From positions 960-64,959 of the forward strand of contig JAFVBS010000012.1 in the NCBI GenBank assembly GCA_017479865.1: 64,000 nucleotides of DNA, read 5' to 3'. Positions 36,149 through 46,589 of this stretch are shown one piece after another (position 1 is the stretch's first letter; each line of letters opens with the position of its first letter). Position numbers and translations under genes: made by a program. The notes under the pieces are model-generated. The model was not told the origin of the DNA. It did not search any database and saw only the letters and a program-made list of their open reading frames with translations. The DNA comes from Clostridia bacterium (lineage in GTDB: Bacteria > Bacillota > Clostridia > TANB77 > CAG-508).

Positions 36149-39100
36149 ATGAAAAAAGCAGTAAACATCATCAAATGGATGCTACTTAGCCTTAGTTTTC
36201 TTACTTTTCTAATACTGGGAATTGCCATAATGATTCCAGATGAAACACAACAATTGGCAAGTGACATAACAGGTGCTGACAATATCCTTCAGGCAAGGTC
36301 CAAAGAAAATGATCTCCGAGTGATTTCCGAGGTCAAGGTAGGAAATATGTTATGGAAGCCAACAACAGAAGGCGGAGAAGAAATTTACTGTGTAGAACCA
36401 GGAACTGAACTAAAACTTGGTTCGACAAAAGAGTATATTATAGGTTTAGTTAACTCTTCTTCTCGAACTGGCCCTTCTAAATGCGGTTGTGCCAGCAGTG
36501 TTAGATATTATGGAACCAGAAGCGGCACTTATTATAAATGTGTCGGAGAACATTATAATGAAAGTGATAGTTACAAGGGGAAAAAATTATATAATGTTGC
36601 CTTTATTGCTTCTTATTTGCCAGGTGGACAACTATTGGGAGATGAAGCAGACAATGACGAATTGTGGGCAATTGTAAAGCAACAAGCTATTTGGATGTCA
36701 CAAATTTGTAAAAAAACTTATAATAAAAATGGAAGTACAGGACAAGCGCAAGGAGAACTATTTACAAGGTGGGCAGAACGCTATCGTATGTTTTATCAGC
36801 AAATTATGCAGGACAAAAAAGGAATGAAACCAAAGTCTTTACTATCAGAAAGTGACATTAAAGTAGATATTGATCGTGAGGAAAATTTGTATAAAATAGG
36901 CCCTTTCAAACTTGACTATATCAATGGAAAAAATGTTAAGGGAGGGAATGCTAAGGATGACTACTTTTCTTATGGTGGTATTTCCAATATGTATTTGGTA
37001 GATGATGAAGGAAACAAACTTGCCATTAAAAACTTTATTATTGATGGAGAAATCAAAAAAGCATATTATGGGTCTACGAAAAATGCTAATCCTGAAAAAT
37101 TAACCAGAGAACAAGAAGAAAATACATACTACAGCAATTGGAATCCAGCAATTGATGCCTATGATAACAACGATATCGATTGGTATGCCTCCCATAAGGC
37201 GGCACCACTTCCAGGAAAAGAGTTTTATGTGGAAGTAGATTACCCAGAAGAACTAGTAGGTTCTGTGAAATTACATGTAGAATTTTCATATATCAAATGT
37301 GAAGTAGAATTATGTATGAGAGATGGTATTTATTATACGGTATCTCAAAAGCATTTAGGAGATTATAATAAACATACACATCATTATCGTTGTTCAGGTT
37401 GCAAAGCAGCAGGTAAAGGAGCAGATGGAAAAACGAAATACACTTGCCCTGGACATACAAGAAGGTGTCACGACTGTAAAGGATATGAGCCAAAGTTAGG
37501 AACTGATAGCACTCCACAAGATGCTGTAGTAATCAATATGGCCAAAAGAACACTTGTCAAAGAGACTTTTGAAATTGGTATTCCAAACATTCCAGAAAAT
37601 CCAGATAAAACAGATAAATTTATTCCAATCACAATGAAAATTGGTGGAAACGTGTTTGAAGAAGCCCTAGAAGGAAAAGAGGGACTAGCTGATGGTATTT
37701 TAACAAAGTCAGATAAATTGCTAGCTAATATTGAAGTTAGCTTGTATGAAATTAATAATGGAAAACTTACTTTAGCAGAACTTGCAACTTTAAAAGAAGA
37801 AAATCCATCAGCAACAAAAGCGGAAATTAACAATAAGGAAGACTATACAAGAAGAACTAATCCAACATTAACAGATGAAAATGGCTACTATGAATTTAGA
37901 GGAGTCGATGTCATGAAAAAGTATATTGTTCAATATACTTATAATGGACAAGTGTATATGCCTACTGATTATAATGTTGATATAACCCAATATAGTTCTT
38001 GTAAGAATAATAGTAAATGGGAACAAACTTCAAAAGCAACAGAATTAGCAGGTGAAAGAAAAGAATTTGATGACATTTTTGCTTCTATTGGTTCTTCGCC
38101 AAATAATTATATTTCAAGCAATTCATTAGGAGAATTAAAGAAGGTAGCAGGAGAATATTACAATGAAACATTTTCAACTTATGAGTTAGCAGGAATTACG
38201 CTCAAGAGTAATGGAAAATATGAATATGATAAAAATAACCAATTGATTGATACTTATCTTAAGGTAGATAAAAATGGAGCAATCATTGACACTTCAACAT
38301 CGAATAAACCAGAGTTTCAAGAAGGAATGATTAGTCAGCTCATTAGAGATTACATTGATAAACATAGAGTATATCCAACCAATGTGAAATCACAAATTTA
38401 TCAACAAATTGCAAAAAAGAATGAAGAAGCATGGAAAAAATTACAATTTATTGAAGATTGCAAAATTAATGCTTATACGAAGGAGCAAAATGCTAATAAG
38501 GTATCGCAATATGACGCTTACCCTGTGTATGATCAATTTACCATTTCAATGGAAGAGGGTAAGTATAAAAATCATACCTTGATGTTCAATGGAACAAAAG
38601 CAAGCATAATTTCTGATAATCGCGCAGAAACATTTCGTGGAAAAACAGTGAAATCAAAAGGAAAAATTGAATACAAAAACATATATCCAGGACAATGTCA
38701 AATTAATTTAGGTTTATGGCCAAGACAAAAAGCGAAGATTGCTTTAAGAAAAGATGTATATAAAGCAGCATTACAAATTAATGGAAAAACAGAAGTGTAT
38801 AACTACAATAAACGTTCGGCAGATGAAGAATTGTGGGAAATTTCTGCAAGGCTTAGTGACGCTAGCTACTACGGAACAACTTATTCAAGAGAATTATATC
38901 GTTCTGACTACCAATTCAAAAGCAATACGGCAAACGAATTAAACATTTATGCTACCTATAAAATTAGCATCCGCAACCAATCACAGAGTATTTTGACACA
39001 AATTGATGAAATTGTAGACTACTATGATACAAGTTATACCTTTATGCCAAACATGTCATGGCTCATGTATGATGATGTTGGTATCACCAAAGAAGAATAT

Positions 39101-41317
39101 AGCAACATTATGATGGCAAAAAATAAAAATATTATTGGAGATAAAAAGTTTAAAAATATTCAAGTAAGTAATAATACTAATTACGGAAGCAATACAAACT
39201 TTTCTCGAAGCTTTTTAAATCAAGGGTATAATACTATTTATATCCACGGATTGGAAAATCATAAAATGGCAGTAGGAGAAGAAGTATATTTATACTTAAC
39301 ATTTAAAATAAATGGTAGTGGTAGCAACCTAGATATTGCCAATACAAAGCATAATATTGCAGAAATAAATGGATATTCAACCTTCTATGCTAATGGAACT
39401 GAACTGCCAAACGGTATTACAAAAAATGCAAAAAACACAGCCGGTTTAATTGATGTTGATTCTAATCCAGGTAATTTAACTGCCAATATGATTCAAAAAG
39501 AATATCTCTGGGAGAATGATACTGATCGTGCCAAAGGACTTAAAGTTTCTGTTATTGATTCGGTAAGAGAAATCAATGGTACTGTATGGGAAGACAAACG
39601 TAATACACAAGTGGAAGGAACAGATGCTGTAATTGGCAATGGTATTAGAGAAAATGGAGAGACAGTAGTATCAGGAATTCATGTAGAACTTTATGAAGTA
39701 ATTAATGGAAAAACTTCGGAAGAAATTGCTAAAATATGGAATGGAACTTCATGGCAAGAGGCAAAAATAGAAACAGATGGAAATGGACAATATAAATTTG
39801 AAGGCTTTATTCCGGGAGACTATATTGTTAGATTTACCTACGGAGGAGAGTACAATGCTATTTACAATGGACAAGATTTCAAGAGTACTACTTATCAATT
39901 TGATATCAAACAAGAAGGACAAAGCAATGATAATACAGATGCAAAGAGAAAATATAATGAATACATGGATGTCAACTTACAAAATGAAACAGCAACCTAT
40001 GGCTATAACATTGCTAAAGCAGATAATTTAGGAAAAAACGTATCTGATGCAAAAGATATTTGGACAGATAGACAAAAGGTAAATGCTTATAGCAGTAATG
40101 GAATTACCAATGCAAAAGCAGAAGACTTGAGTAAAATAAGTACATTGGGAAAAGATAGCGAGGCACGTAAACAAACACAAATGAGAGCAGAAACTGGTGT
40201 TATTGCTATAGAAATGGAATATAACAGAACAAATAGCAATGGAGATAATTCGGCATCCAATGGAAAAGATTATCTCAATGGTAACGACTACAATGGAAAA
40301 TACATTTTACAAAATATAGACTTTGGTTTAGTAGAAAGACCTAAAGCTCAATTAGAACTGACAAAAAAAATAAGTAATGTAAAGATTACGTTGGCAAATA
40401 ACAACATTCTATTTGATGCAAATCAAAGCATGAACAATATATTATGGAAACCATCAAAAGAATATCGTACCAATGAATTAAAAGGTGTCATCAATTCTGC
40501 AGAAGGTAAAAACAATAATATTCATAATGACTATACGGTAGCAGAAATTGTAGCGTATAGAAATAGGGTAAATAGTTTAATTGCTAATACGCAAGGCTTA
40601 ATTCAAGCAACAATGGATGCAGAACTTATGCATGGTGCTACCATCCAAATGACCTATGACTTTACAGTAAGAAATGTTGGCGAAGTAGACTATCATGAAA
40701 CCTCATTCTATTATACCGGAAAAGTAGCTGATCAAGGTGCGATTGTAAAAACATCAGCGGATACAATCATTGATTATGTAGAAAATAATTTACAATATCG
40801 AACCAGCAGCAACCAAGCAGTATGGGGCTGGAAAGCAATTACAAAAGATGAAATCAATACAAATGGCTATGTTAACCAAGAAGTATCCAATGTATTAAGT
40901 AAGTATAATACAATTCTTGCTACTAACGCATTAAATAAAAAGTTAATTCCATTAACAGAGAATACAAAGAAGGAAGCAAGCCTATATGAACAAACCTATG
41001 CCACGACACGACTTGTTTTAACACAATTAATTACGGCAGAAAATAATAGCGATGATATGGAGTATAACAATACTGCTGAAATTGTTAAAATTTCAAATGA
41101 TGTTGGTAGAAGAATGGCATTCTCTGTACAAGGAAACCAAAATCCGACACAACCAATTTCAGAAATTGATAGTGCTAGAGCAGAAAAAGTTGTCATTTTA
41201 CCACCATTTGGTAACTTACACACATACTTATATATCGGCTTAGGAGCAACAATTGCAATTCTTCTAGGAACAAGCATTGTATTCATTAAGAAAAAAGTAT
41301 TAAAACACGAAAGATAA
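36149..41317 (+). CDS. thioester-domain (TED) adhesin, 1722 aa, with SdrD-B/CnaB-type domains and an LPPFG anchor
   Basis: Cys motif EIYCVEPG (TGT at 36389..36391) and Gln motif KQQAIW (36680..36694), matching the TQxA(I/V)W thioester signature. INGTVWEDKRN..TDGNGQYKFEGFIPGDYIVRF. C-terminal LPPFG plus TM plus KKKVLKHER. RBS AAAGGGGGA before the ATG at 36149. Confidence 0.8.
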   Translation: MKKAVNIIKWMLLSLSFLTFLILGIAIMIPDETQQLASDITGADNILQARSKENDLRVISEVKVGNMLWKPTTEGGEEIYCVEPGTELKLGSTKEYIIGLVNSSSRTGPSKCGCASSVRYYGTRSGTYYKCVGEHYNESDSYKGKKLYNVAFIASYLPGGQLLGDEADNDELWAIVKQQAIWMSQICKKTYNKNGSTGQAQGELFTRWAERYRMFYQQIMQDKKGMKPKSLLSESDIKVDIDREENLYKIGPFKLDYINGKNVKGGNAKDDYFSYGGISNMYLVDDEGNKLAIKNFIIDGEIKKAYYGSTKNANPEKLTREQEENTYYSNWNPAIDAYDNNDIDWYASHKAAPLPGKEFYVEVDYPEELVGSVKLHVEFSYIKCEVELCMRDGIYYTVSQKHLGDYNKHTHHYRCSGCKAAGKGADGKTKYTCPGHTRRCHDCKGYEPKLGTDSTPQDAVVINMAKRTLVKETFEIGIPNIPENPDKTDKFIPITMKIGGNVFEEALEGKEGLADGILTKSDKLLANIEVSLYEINNGKLTLAELATLKEENPSATKAEINNKEDYTRRTNPTLTDENGYYEFRGVDVMKKYIVQYTYNGQVYMPTDYNVDITQYSSCKNNSKWEQTSKATELAGERKEFDDIFASIGSSPNNYISSNSLGELKKVAGEYYNETFSTYELAGITLKSNGKYEYDKNNQLIDTYLKVDKNGAIIDTSTSNKPEFQEGMISQLIRDYIDKHRVYPTNVKSQIYQQIAKKNEEAWKKLQFIEDCKINAYTKEQNANKVSQYDAYPVYDQFTISMEEGKYKNHTLMFNGTKASIISDNRAETFRGKTVKSKGKIEYKNIYPGQCQINLGLWPRQKAKIALRKDVYKAALQINGKTEVYNYNKRSADEELWEISARLSDASYYGTTYSRELYRSDYQFKSNTANELNIYATYKISIRNQSQSILTQIDEIVDYYDTSYTFMPNMSWLMYDDVGITKEEYSNIMMAKNKNIIGDKKFKNIQVSNNTNYGSNTNFSRSFLNQGYNTIYIHGLENHKMAVGEEVYLYLTFKINGSGSNLDIANTKHNIAEINGYSTFYANGTELPNGITKNAKNTAGLIDVDSNPGNLTANMIQKEYLWENDTDRAKGLKVSVIDSVREINGTVWEDKRNTQVEGTDAVIGNGIRENGETVVSGIHVELYEVINGKTSEEIAKIWNGTSWQEAKIETDGNGQYKFEGFIPGDYIVRFTYGGEYNAIYNGQDFKSTTYQFDIKQEGQSNDNTDAKRKYNEYMDVNLQNETATYGYNIAKADNLGKNVSDAKDIWTDRQKVNAYSSNGITNAKAEDLSKISTLGKDSEARKQTQMRAETGVIAIEMEYNRTNSNGDNSASNGKDYLNGNDYNGKYILQNIDFGLVERPKAQLELTKKISNVKITLANNNILFDANQSMNNILWKPSKEYRTNELKGVINSAEGKNNNIHNDYTVAEIVAYRNRVNSLIANTQGLIQATMDAELMHGATIQMTYDFTVRNVGEVDYHETSFYYTGKVADQGAIVKTSADTIIDYVENNLQYRTSSNQAVWGWKAITKDEINTNGYVNQEVSNVLSKYNTILATNALNKKLIPLTENTKKEASLYEQTYATTRLVLTQLITAENNSDDMEYNNTAEIVKISNDVGRRMAFSVQGNQNPTQPISEIDSARAEKVVILPPFGNLHTYLYIGLGATIAILLGTSIVFIKKKVLKHER

Positions 41318-41333
41318 TGAAATAAAAATTGAA

Positions 41334-41369
41334 AAATCTAGTAAATGATTTCATTTACTAGATTTTTTG
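41334..41369 (+). terminator. intrinsic terminator of operon 1
   Basis: AAATCTAGTAAATGA..TCATTTACTAGATTT followed by TTT. Confidence 0.8.
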
Positions 41370-41524
41370 TATATCAAATGATGATAATCAAATATCATTT
41401 GTTCATCAAAAAAGACTATGTAAATAAACGGCAAAACAAGCTATTCCGTAGAGGAAAAGAGTGGAAGAAATATTACAAAGTAATGATAAAATTTCCAAAA
41501 AAATGAAAAAAGAGTATAAAACCA

Positions 41525-41553
41525 TTGAAAAAACTGGAAAAATGTCGTATAAT
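41525..41553 (+). promoter_or_regulatory. promoter of adhesin operon 2
   Basis: TTGAAA (41525..41530), 17 nt spacer, TATAAT (41548..41553). Confidence 0.6.
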
Positions 41554-41588
41554 AGAAGATGTAGGATAATCACTTTTAGGAGGTTAAA

Positions 41589-44500
41589 ATGAAAAAAATC
41601 AATAAAATTATTGCAATGCTATTAGTTAGTATTATTATCGGAACAAACATAGCAACCTTACCAACCACCGTCATAGCGGCAAGTAGTAATTTATCACATC
41701 AAAATAGCAAAACAAATCATGATAATGTCGAATTTAATAGCTATTTTGAAGGAAATACACATGAAATACAAGCTCTAATAGGAAAAACAGTTGTCATGTA
41801 CCTCAATGTTAAAGTAAGTAACAATGGCTATTTAAAAAATGGAGTAGTCAAATTTGTTGACGGTAATTATGTCATTGATACAGAAAACCTAAAAGGAGAC
41901 ATAATCCAAAAAGCGACAGAAAATGAGTTGGTATTAAAACAAGTCAATACTTCAAGTCAAGCAACTATCATTGAAGTGCCAATTCAAATGAAACAACAAG
42001 ACAAGGTTTCAACAGATATTTTTCAAAAAGAATCTAAAGTGATTTTTTCTGGAACATATATTGATGGAAAGGGAAAGGAAAAAGAAATTACCAAAACAAT
42101 CATCAATGAAGTAAGCTTTTTAGGAAAAGCAGAAGCAGAGTTAACGGGAGAAGTTACTAAATATGTTCCTTACCAATTATCAGATGAGGCGGGAACTTTT
42201 ATGCAAATAAAAGTGCAAGCAGGCATTAAAAATAATACTTTACCATTTGCAAAAAAAGAAATTACTCTTGAAGTACCAAAAATAGGGGGAATGAATCCAA
42301 CAAGAGTTAATGTAATTGCTAGCCAAGAAAAAATAAAGTATTTTTATAATAATCAAACAGGAGTAGTGACGATTACAACCGAAAATGAAAAAGATGCAAA
42401 TGGCTTTATTACATGGACTCAAAACGAGCAAGAGGCATATTTTATTAACTGTATTTATCAAAATCAAGTACTTACTCCTATTACAGGTAATATTCCCGCA
42501 AAAACAAATCAAACAGTATACAATGCCCGAATGGCAACCATAGAAAAACAAATTGATATTTCTTATGACTTACAAAATCAAATGGGTAGTATTAATAGCC
42601 TTACTATTGAGGCACCAGCAACAGTCAGCAAGGGGTATTTATATGCTAATACCATTAGCAAACAAAAACAAGAGACCCCATATATTACTTCTTATACTAC
42701 ACAAATTGTGGATGCAAAATTTTTTGAGCAATTTGAAATAACTCTTCCAAAAGAAACATGGAACAATTATCAAGGAGAACAAGTTAGCGCCAATCAAGCA
42801 ACAGTAATTAAAACCATTTCAATTGACAAAACAGTGTTTGAACAAGTATTAGGACAAGAAGGAATTGTAGAAATTTTTGAAAAAGATGGCATGACTAAAA
42901 TAGCAGAACTCAATGCTCAAACAGCAAAAGAAGGGGCTTATCAAGTTGATATTACAGAGGCACAAGCAAATGAAGTCATTTTAAAAGCAAGTCAGCCAAT
43001 TGCAGAAGGAATTTTTACCATTACAGTAGAAAGAGCAATTGACAAACAAGCAGAATTAACAGTAAAGCAAGTGCAAAATATGGCACAATTATTATTAGAA
43101 GCACAAGTAAAAAGTAGTTTAGAAGAGCAAAAAACAGCAAAAGCTGTTTCTTTGACAGAGCCAACTACAAAAGCTGAGCTAATGCTCCAACAACAAAAGT
43201 TATCTACCATTCTTCCTAATCAAGATGTAGAAATGAGAGTAGTATTAGATACTTCTAGTACAGAACGAGCTTTATTTAAAAATCCAATTTTTGAAATTGA
43301 AATGCCAGAGAATGTAGAAACGGTAATATTAAAAAATGTTGACTTGTTTTTAGAAAACGAGTTAACCATAAAGGAATCAAAAGTAGAAAATAGAAATGGA
43401 AAGCAAGTAATTGTTATTACTTTAGAGGGAACACAAACTCAATATATTGGTAGTAACATTGCACAAGCAACAGAAAACTTAATTACCAAGGGCGGTAATT
43501 TAGTCATTAAAACAGATATTACCTTAAAGAAATTAACTCCAAGTAAAACAGAAAATGTCATTATGAACTATCACAACAACAATACCGAGATTTATGCAAA
43601 AGAAACATTAGTACCAGCTGCACAGAAAGCAAAAGCGGTAAAAACGAAAAATGCAAATAACAATTTAGAAGGCGTTTCTATTGCATCAGTTAATTTAGTG
43701 GCACCAAGTGGGGTAGTAGCAGCCAACCATGTATATCATGAAAATGATATTAATATCATGAACATGACTGATGAAAAACAAGATATTAAAATTCAAGCCT
43801 ATAGCGAAGCAAAGCAAATCAAAGTAGAAGGAATCATTGTTAATAACTATGAAAATGCTATTCAAAATGTAGTTGTGCTAGGAAGAACGCTAGCCGCAGA
43901 AAACAAGATGATTAATTCTGAAAAAGAACTAAGAAATACTTTCACGGCACCTCTTACAGGAGCAATTACTGTGGGAGAAGTAAAAAGCAAAGTATATTAT
44001 AGTGAAAATGGAGAAGCAACCAAAGACCTACAAAATGCACAAAACGGTTGGACATTAACGCCAAGTGACTTTGGCAAAGTAAAAAGCTACTGTATTGTCC
44101 TTGAGCAAGAACTTAAACAAGGGGAACAGGTAAGCTTCCAGTACTCTGTTCAGGTTCCACAAAATTTAGCACATAATCAAAGTAGCTATGAAATGTATGT
44201 AGTATCTTATGAAAATAAAACAACACAAGTTACAACACAAGAAACAAAAGTATCGGGAATTGTAGGATTAACAACAGGAGAAGGACCAGAGTTAGAAGTA
44301 ACTTTAAATGCCAATATGACCCAAAATAGCGAAGTACATGTAGGACAAATTGTTCGATTTACTGCTACTGTTAAAAATACAGGAAAGGTTGATAGTAAAA
44401 ATGTAACTGTTAATATTCCTGTACCAGAAGGAACAAAATATGTAGAATATGACTCTACCACACAAACTTATCAGGAAAAAGAAGAACAGCTTATTCAAAA

Positions 44501-46571
44501 AGCTTTAGGAACATTAAAGGCAGGAGAAACAGCTTCTTGCTACTATGAATTACAAATGCAAGAAATGGATGACGAGGAAGAGAAAACCATTACAACGATT
44601 GGAAATCAGGTAAAAGTAAATGCAGATGACTTGGATAATAGCATTCCTTCCAATGAATATTCTTTGAAAAAAACGAAGGCAAAAGTAGTTATTACCAATA
44701 CCATTCCAAATGATCCAGACTATCCAATTAAAAAAGGAAATACTCTCTACAGCACAATTATTATAGAACCAATCGAAAACATAACTAATGCTGTTGTAAG
44801 TATTGAAATTCCACAAGGAATTATCATTAAACAAGCAACATATCACGATGATGAAGGAAATGAATTGCAAAATAATATTAACGTAAAGGACAACAAAGTA
44901 ACTGTAACACTTCCAAATTTACAAGCATATTCAATGCAAGCTATTTATTTAACACTTGAAATAGGTAATATGAAAGGCAACTTTTCGTATGTAGCACAAA
45001 TGACAGCAGATAATATGCCAGTACATACTTCTAATGTACTACAATATGTAGTAGCCGTGCCAAACTTTGAAATTACTCAAACAAGTAGTAATCAAAGGTA
45101 TATTAAAGAAACACAGCAAATTACCTATCAATTTACAATCAAAAATACAGGAAATGCAGATGCTGATAATGTTATTTTTGAAAATGCTCTTCCAAAAGGA
45201 TTAAGCTTTGTGAAATTGCTGTATGAATACCAAGGTAAGACGACAGAAATTACTTCAAGTCTTCATAATACAGCAAAAATTAGATGGGCTACTTTTGAAA
45301 AAGGAGCAACCAGTCAAGTAACCGTAATTGCACAAGCAAGTTTATTACCAACGCAAGAGGAACAAGAGGTAAAAAATAGTGCAACTATTGAGGCAGAGGG
45401 ACTTGAAAAAATTACTTCGAACAGTATTACCAATATTGTGGAATATAATAAAGCACTTTATCAAGATGAAAATGGAAATACTGAAAATGACAATGAACAA
45501 ACAAATCCACAAGACCCTAATCATTCGGCAGCACAAGGCGGTTATAAAATTACAGGTACAGCATGGTTAGATAGTAATCAAAATGGACAAAAAGAAGAAG
45601 GAGAAGAATTATTATCTGGAATTCAAGTGATATTATTACAAAAAGAAACCAATCAAATTGTCAAAGACCAAAATTCTGGGGAGTCTAAAATTACCACAAC
45701 TGATGTCAATGGAAAATATGAATTTACCAACCTAGCACCAGGCAATTATTTAGTAGTATTTTTATATGATGCCGGTAACTATAACGTTACAGAATACCAA
45801 AAACAGAAAGTAAGCCAAAGTTATAACTCAGATGCAAGAACAATGAAAATTACATTAAATGGAACAAAAACTTATGCCGGAGTAACCGATACTATTTTAG
45901 TAAATGAAGATAATGTAAGAGATATTGACTTAGGACTATATGTTGCTCAAAAATTCGACTTAAAATTAGACAAATATATTAGTAAAACCACTTTAACAAC
46001 TCCAACAGTAGGAACACAAGTATTAAACTATCAAAATAAAAAGTTAGTCAAAGTGGAAGTATTGGGAAAAAACGTTAATAAAAGCAGTATTGTAATAGAA
46101 TATAAAATTGTGGTTACTAACGAAGGACAAGTTCCGGGTTATGCTAAAAAGATTGTTGACTATTTACCAGAAGATACTAAATTTAGTTCAGAGCTAAATC
46201 AAGATTGGTATTTGTCAGCGAATGGTCAAGCCGTATATAATACAAGTTTAGAAAACACAAAAATCAATCCGGGAGAAAGCAAAGAAGTAACCTTAGTATT
46301 AAGTATGCAAATTTCAGATAAAACCATTGGAAACATTGTCAATAATAATGCAGAAATTTACGAAAGTTATAATGAACAAGGTTTAGCAGATATTGACTCT
46401 CAAGGAGCAAACAGAGTACAAGGCGAAGACGATATGTCACAAGCAGATATTGTACTTGCCGTAGTAACCGGTAAAATGATATTATCTGTTACACTTGTAA
46501 TAGCTATTTTATTCTTACTAGTGTTATCAATCCTGATAATTCAAAGGAAAGTCTTATACAAAAGAAGATAA
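41589..46571 (+). CDS. paralogue of 30942..36134 (1660 aa DUF11/SdrD-B surface protein)
   Basis: Same architecture. The N-terminal NSKTNHDNVEFNSYFEG matches NSTTNHSNVEFNTYFEG. The C-terminal roughly 450 aa are highly similar, with long identical nucleotide runs (e.g. ATTGTCAATAATAATGCAGAAATTTA at 35896.. and 46336..). Tail AVVTG plus TM plus RKVLYKRR. Confidence 0.8.
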   Translation: MKKINKIIAMLLVSIIIGTNIATLPTTVIAASSNLSHQNSKTNHDNVEFNSYFEGNTHEIQALIGKTVVMYLNVKVSNNGYLKNGVVKFVDGNYVIDTENLKGDIIQKATENELVLKQVNTSSQATIIEVPIQMKQQDKVSTDIFQKESKVIFSGTYIDGKGKEKEITKTIINEVSFLGKAEAELTGEVTKYVPYQLSDEAGTFMQIKVQAGIKNNTLPFAKKEITLEVPKIGGMNPTRVNVIASQEKIKYFYNNQTGVVTITTENEKDANGFITWTQNEQEAYFINCIYQNQVLTPITGNIPAKTNQTVYNARMATIEKQIDISYDLQNQMGSINSLTIEAPATVSKGYLYANTISKQKQETPYITSYTTQIVDAKFFEQFEITLPKETWNNYQGEQVSANQATVIKTISIDKTVFEQVLGQEGIVEIFEKDGMTKIAELNAQTAKEGAYQVDITEAQANEVILKASQPIAEGIFTITVERAIDKQAELTVKQVQNMAQLLLEAQVKSSLEEQKTAKAVSLTEPTTKAELMLQQQKLSTILPNQDVEMRVVLDTSSTERALFKNPIFEIEMPENVETVILKNVDLFLENELTIKESKVENRNGKQVIVITLEGTQTQYIGSNIAQATENLITKGGNLVIKTDITLKKLTPSKTENVIMNYHNNNTEIYAKETLVPAAQKAKAVKTKNANNNLEGVSIASVNLVAPSGVVAANHVYHENDINIMNMTDEKQDIKIQAYSEAKQIKVEGIIVNNYENAIQNVVVLGRTLAAENKMINSEKELRNTFTAPLTGAITVGEVKSKVYYSENGEATKDLQNAQNGWTLTPSDFGKVKSYCIVLEQELKQGEQVSFQYSVQVPQNLAHNQSSYEMYVVSYENKTTQVTTQETKVSGIVGLTTGEGPELEVTLNANMTQNSEVHVGQIVRFTATVKNTGKVDSKNVTVNIPVPEGTKYVEYDSTTQTYQEKEEQLIQKALGTLKAGETASCYYELQMQEMDDEEEKTITTIGNQVKVNADDLDNSIPSNEYSLKKTKAKVVITNTIPNDPDYPIKKGNTLYSTIIIEPIENITNAVVSIEIPQGIIIKQATYHDDEGNELQNNINVKDNKVTVTLPNLQAYSMQAIYLTLEIGNMKGNFSYVAQMTADNMPVHTSNVLQYVVAVPNFEITQTSSNQRYIKETQQITYQFTIKNTGNADADNVIFENALPKGLSFVKLLYEYQGKTTEITSSLHNTAKIRWATFEKGATSQVTVIAQASLLPTQEEQEVKNSATIEAEGLEKITSNSITNIVEYNKALYQDENGNTENDNEQTNPQDPNHSAAQGGYKITGTAWLDSNQNGQKEEGEELLSGIQVILLQKETNQIVKDQNSGESKITTTDVNGKYEFTNLAPGNYLVVFLYDAGNYNVTEYQKQKVSQSYNSDARTMKITLNGTKTYAGVTDTILVNEDNVRDIDLGLYVAQKFDLKLDKYISKTTLTTPTVGTQVLNYQNKKLVKVEVLGKNVNKSSIVIEYKIVVTNEGQVPGYAKKIVDYLPEDTKFSSELNQDWYLSANGQAVYNTSLENTKINPGESKEVTLVLSMQISDKTIGNIVNNNAEIYESYNEQGLADIDSQGANRVQGEDDMSQADIVLAVVTGKMILSVTLVIAILFLLVLSILIIQRKVLYKRR

Positions 46572-46589
46572 ATGAAGGGAGGGAAAAAA

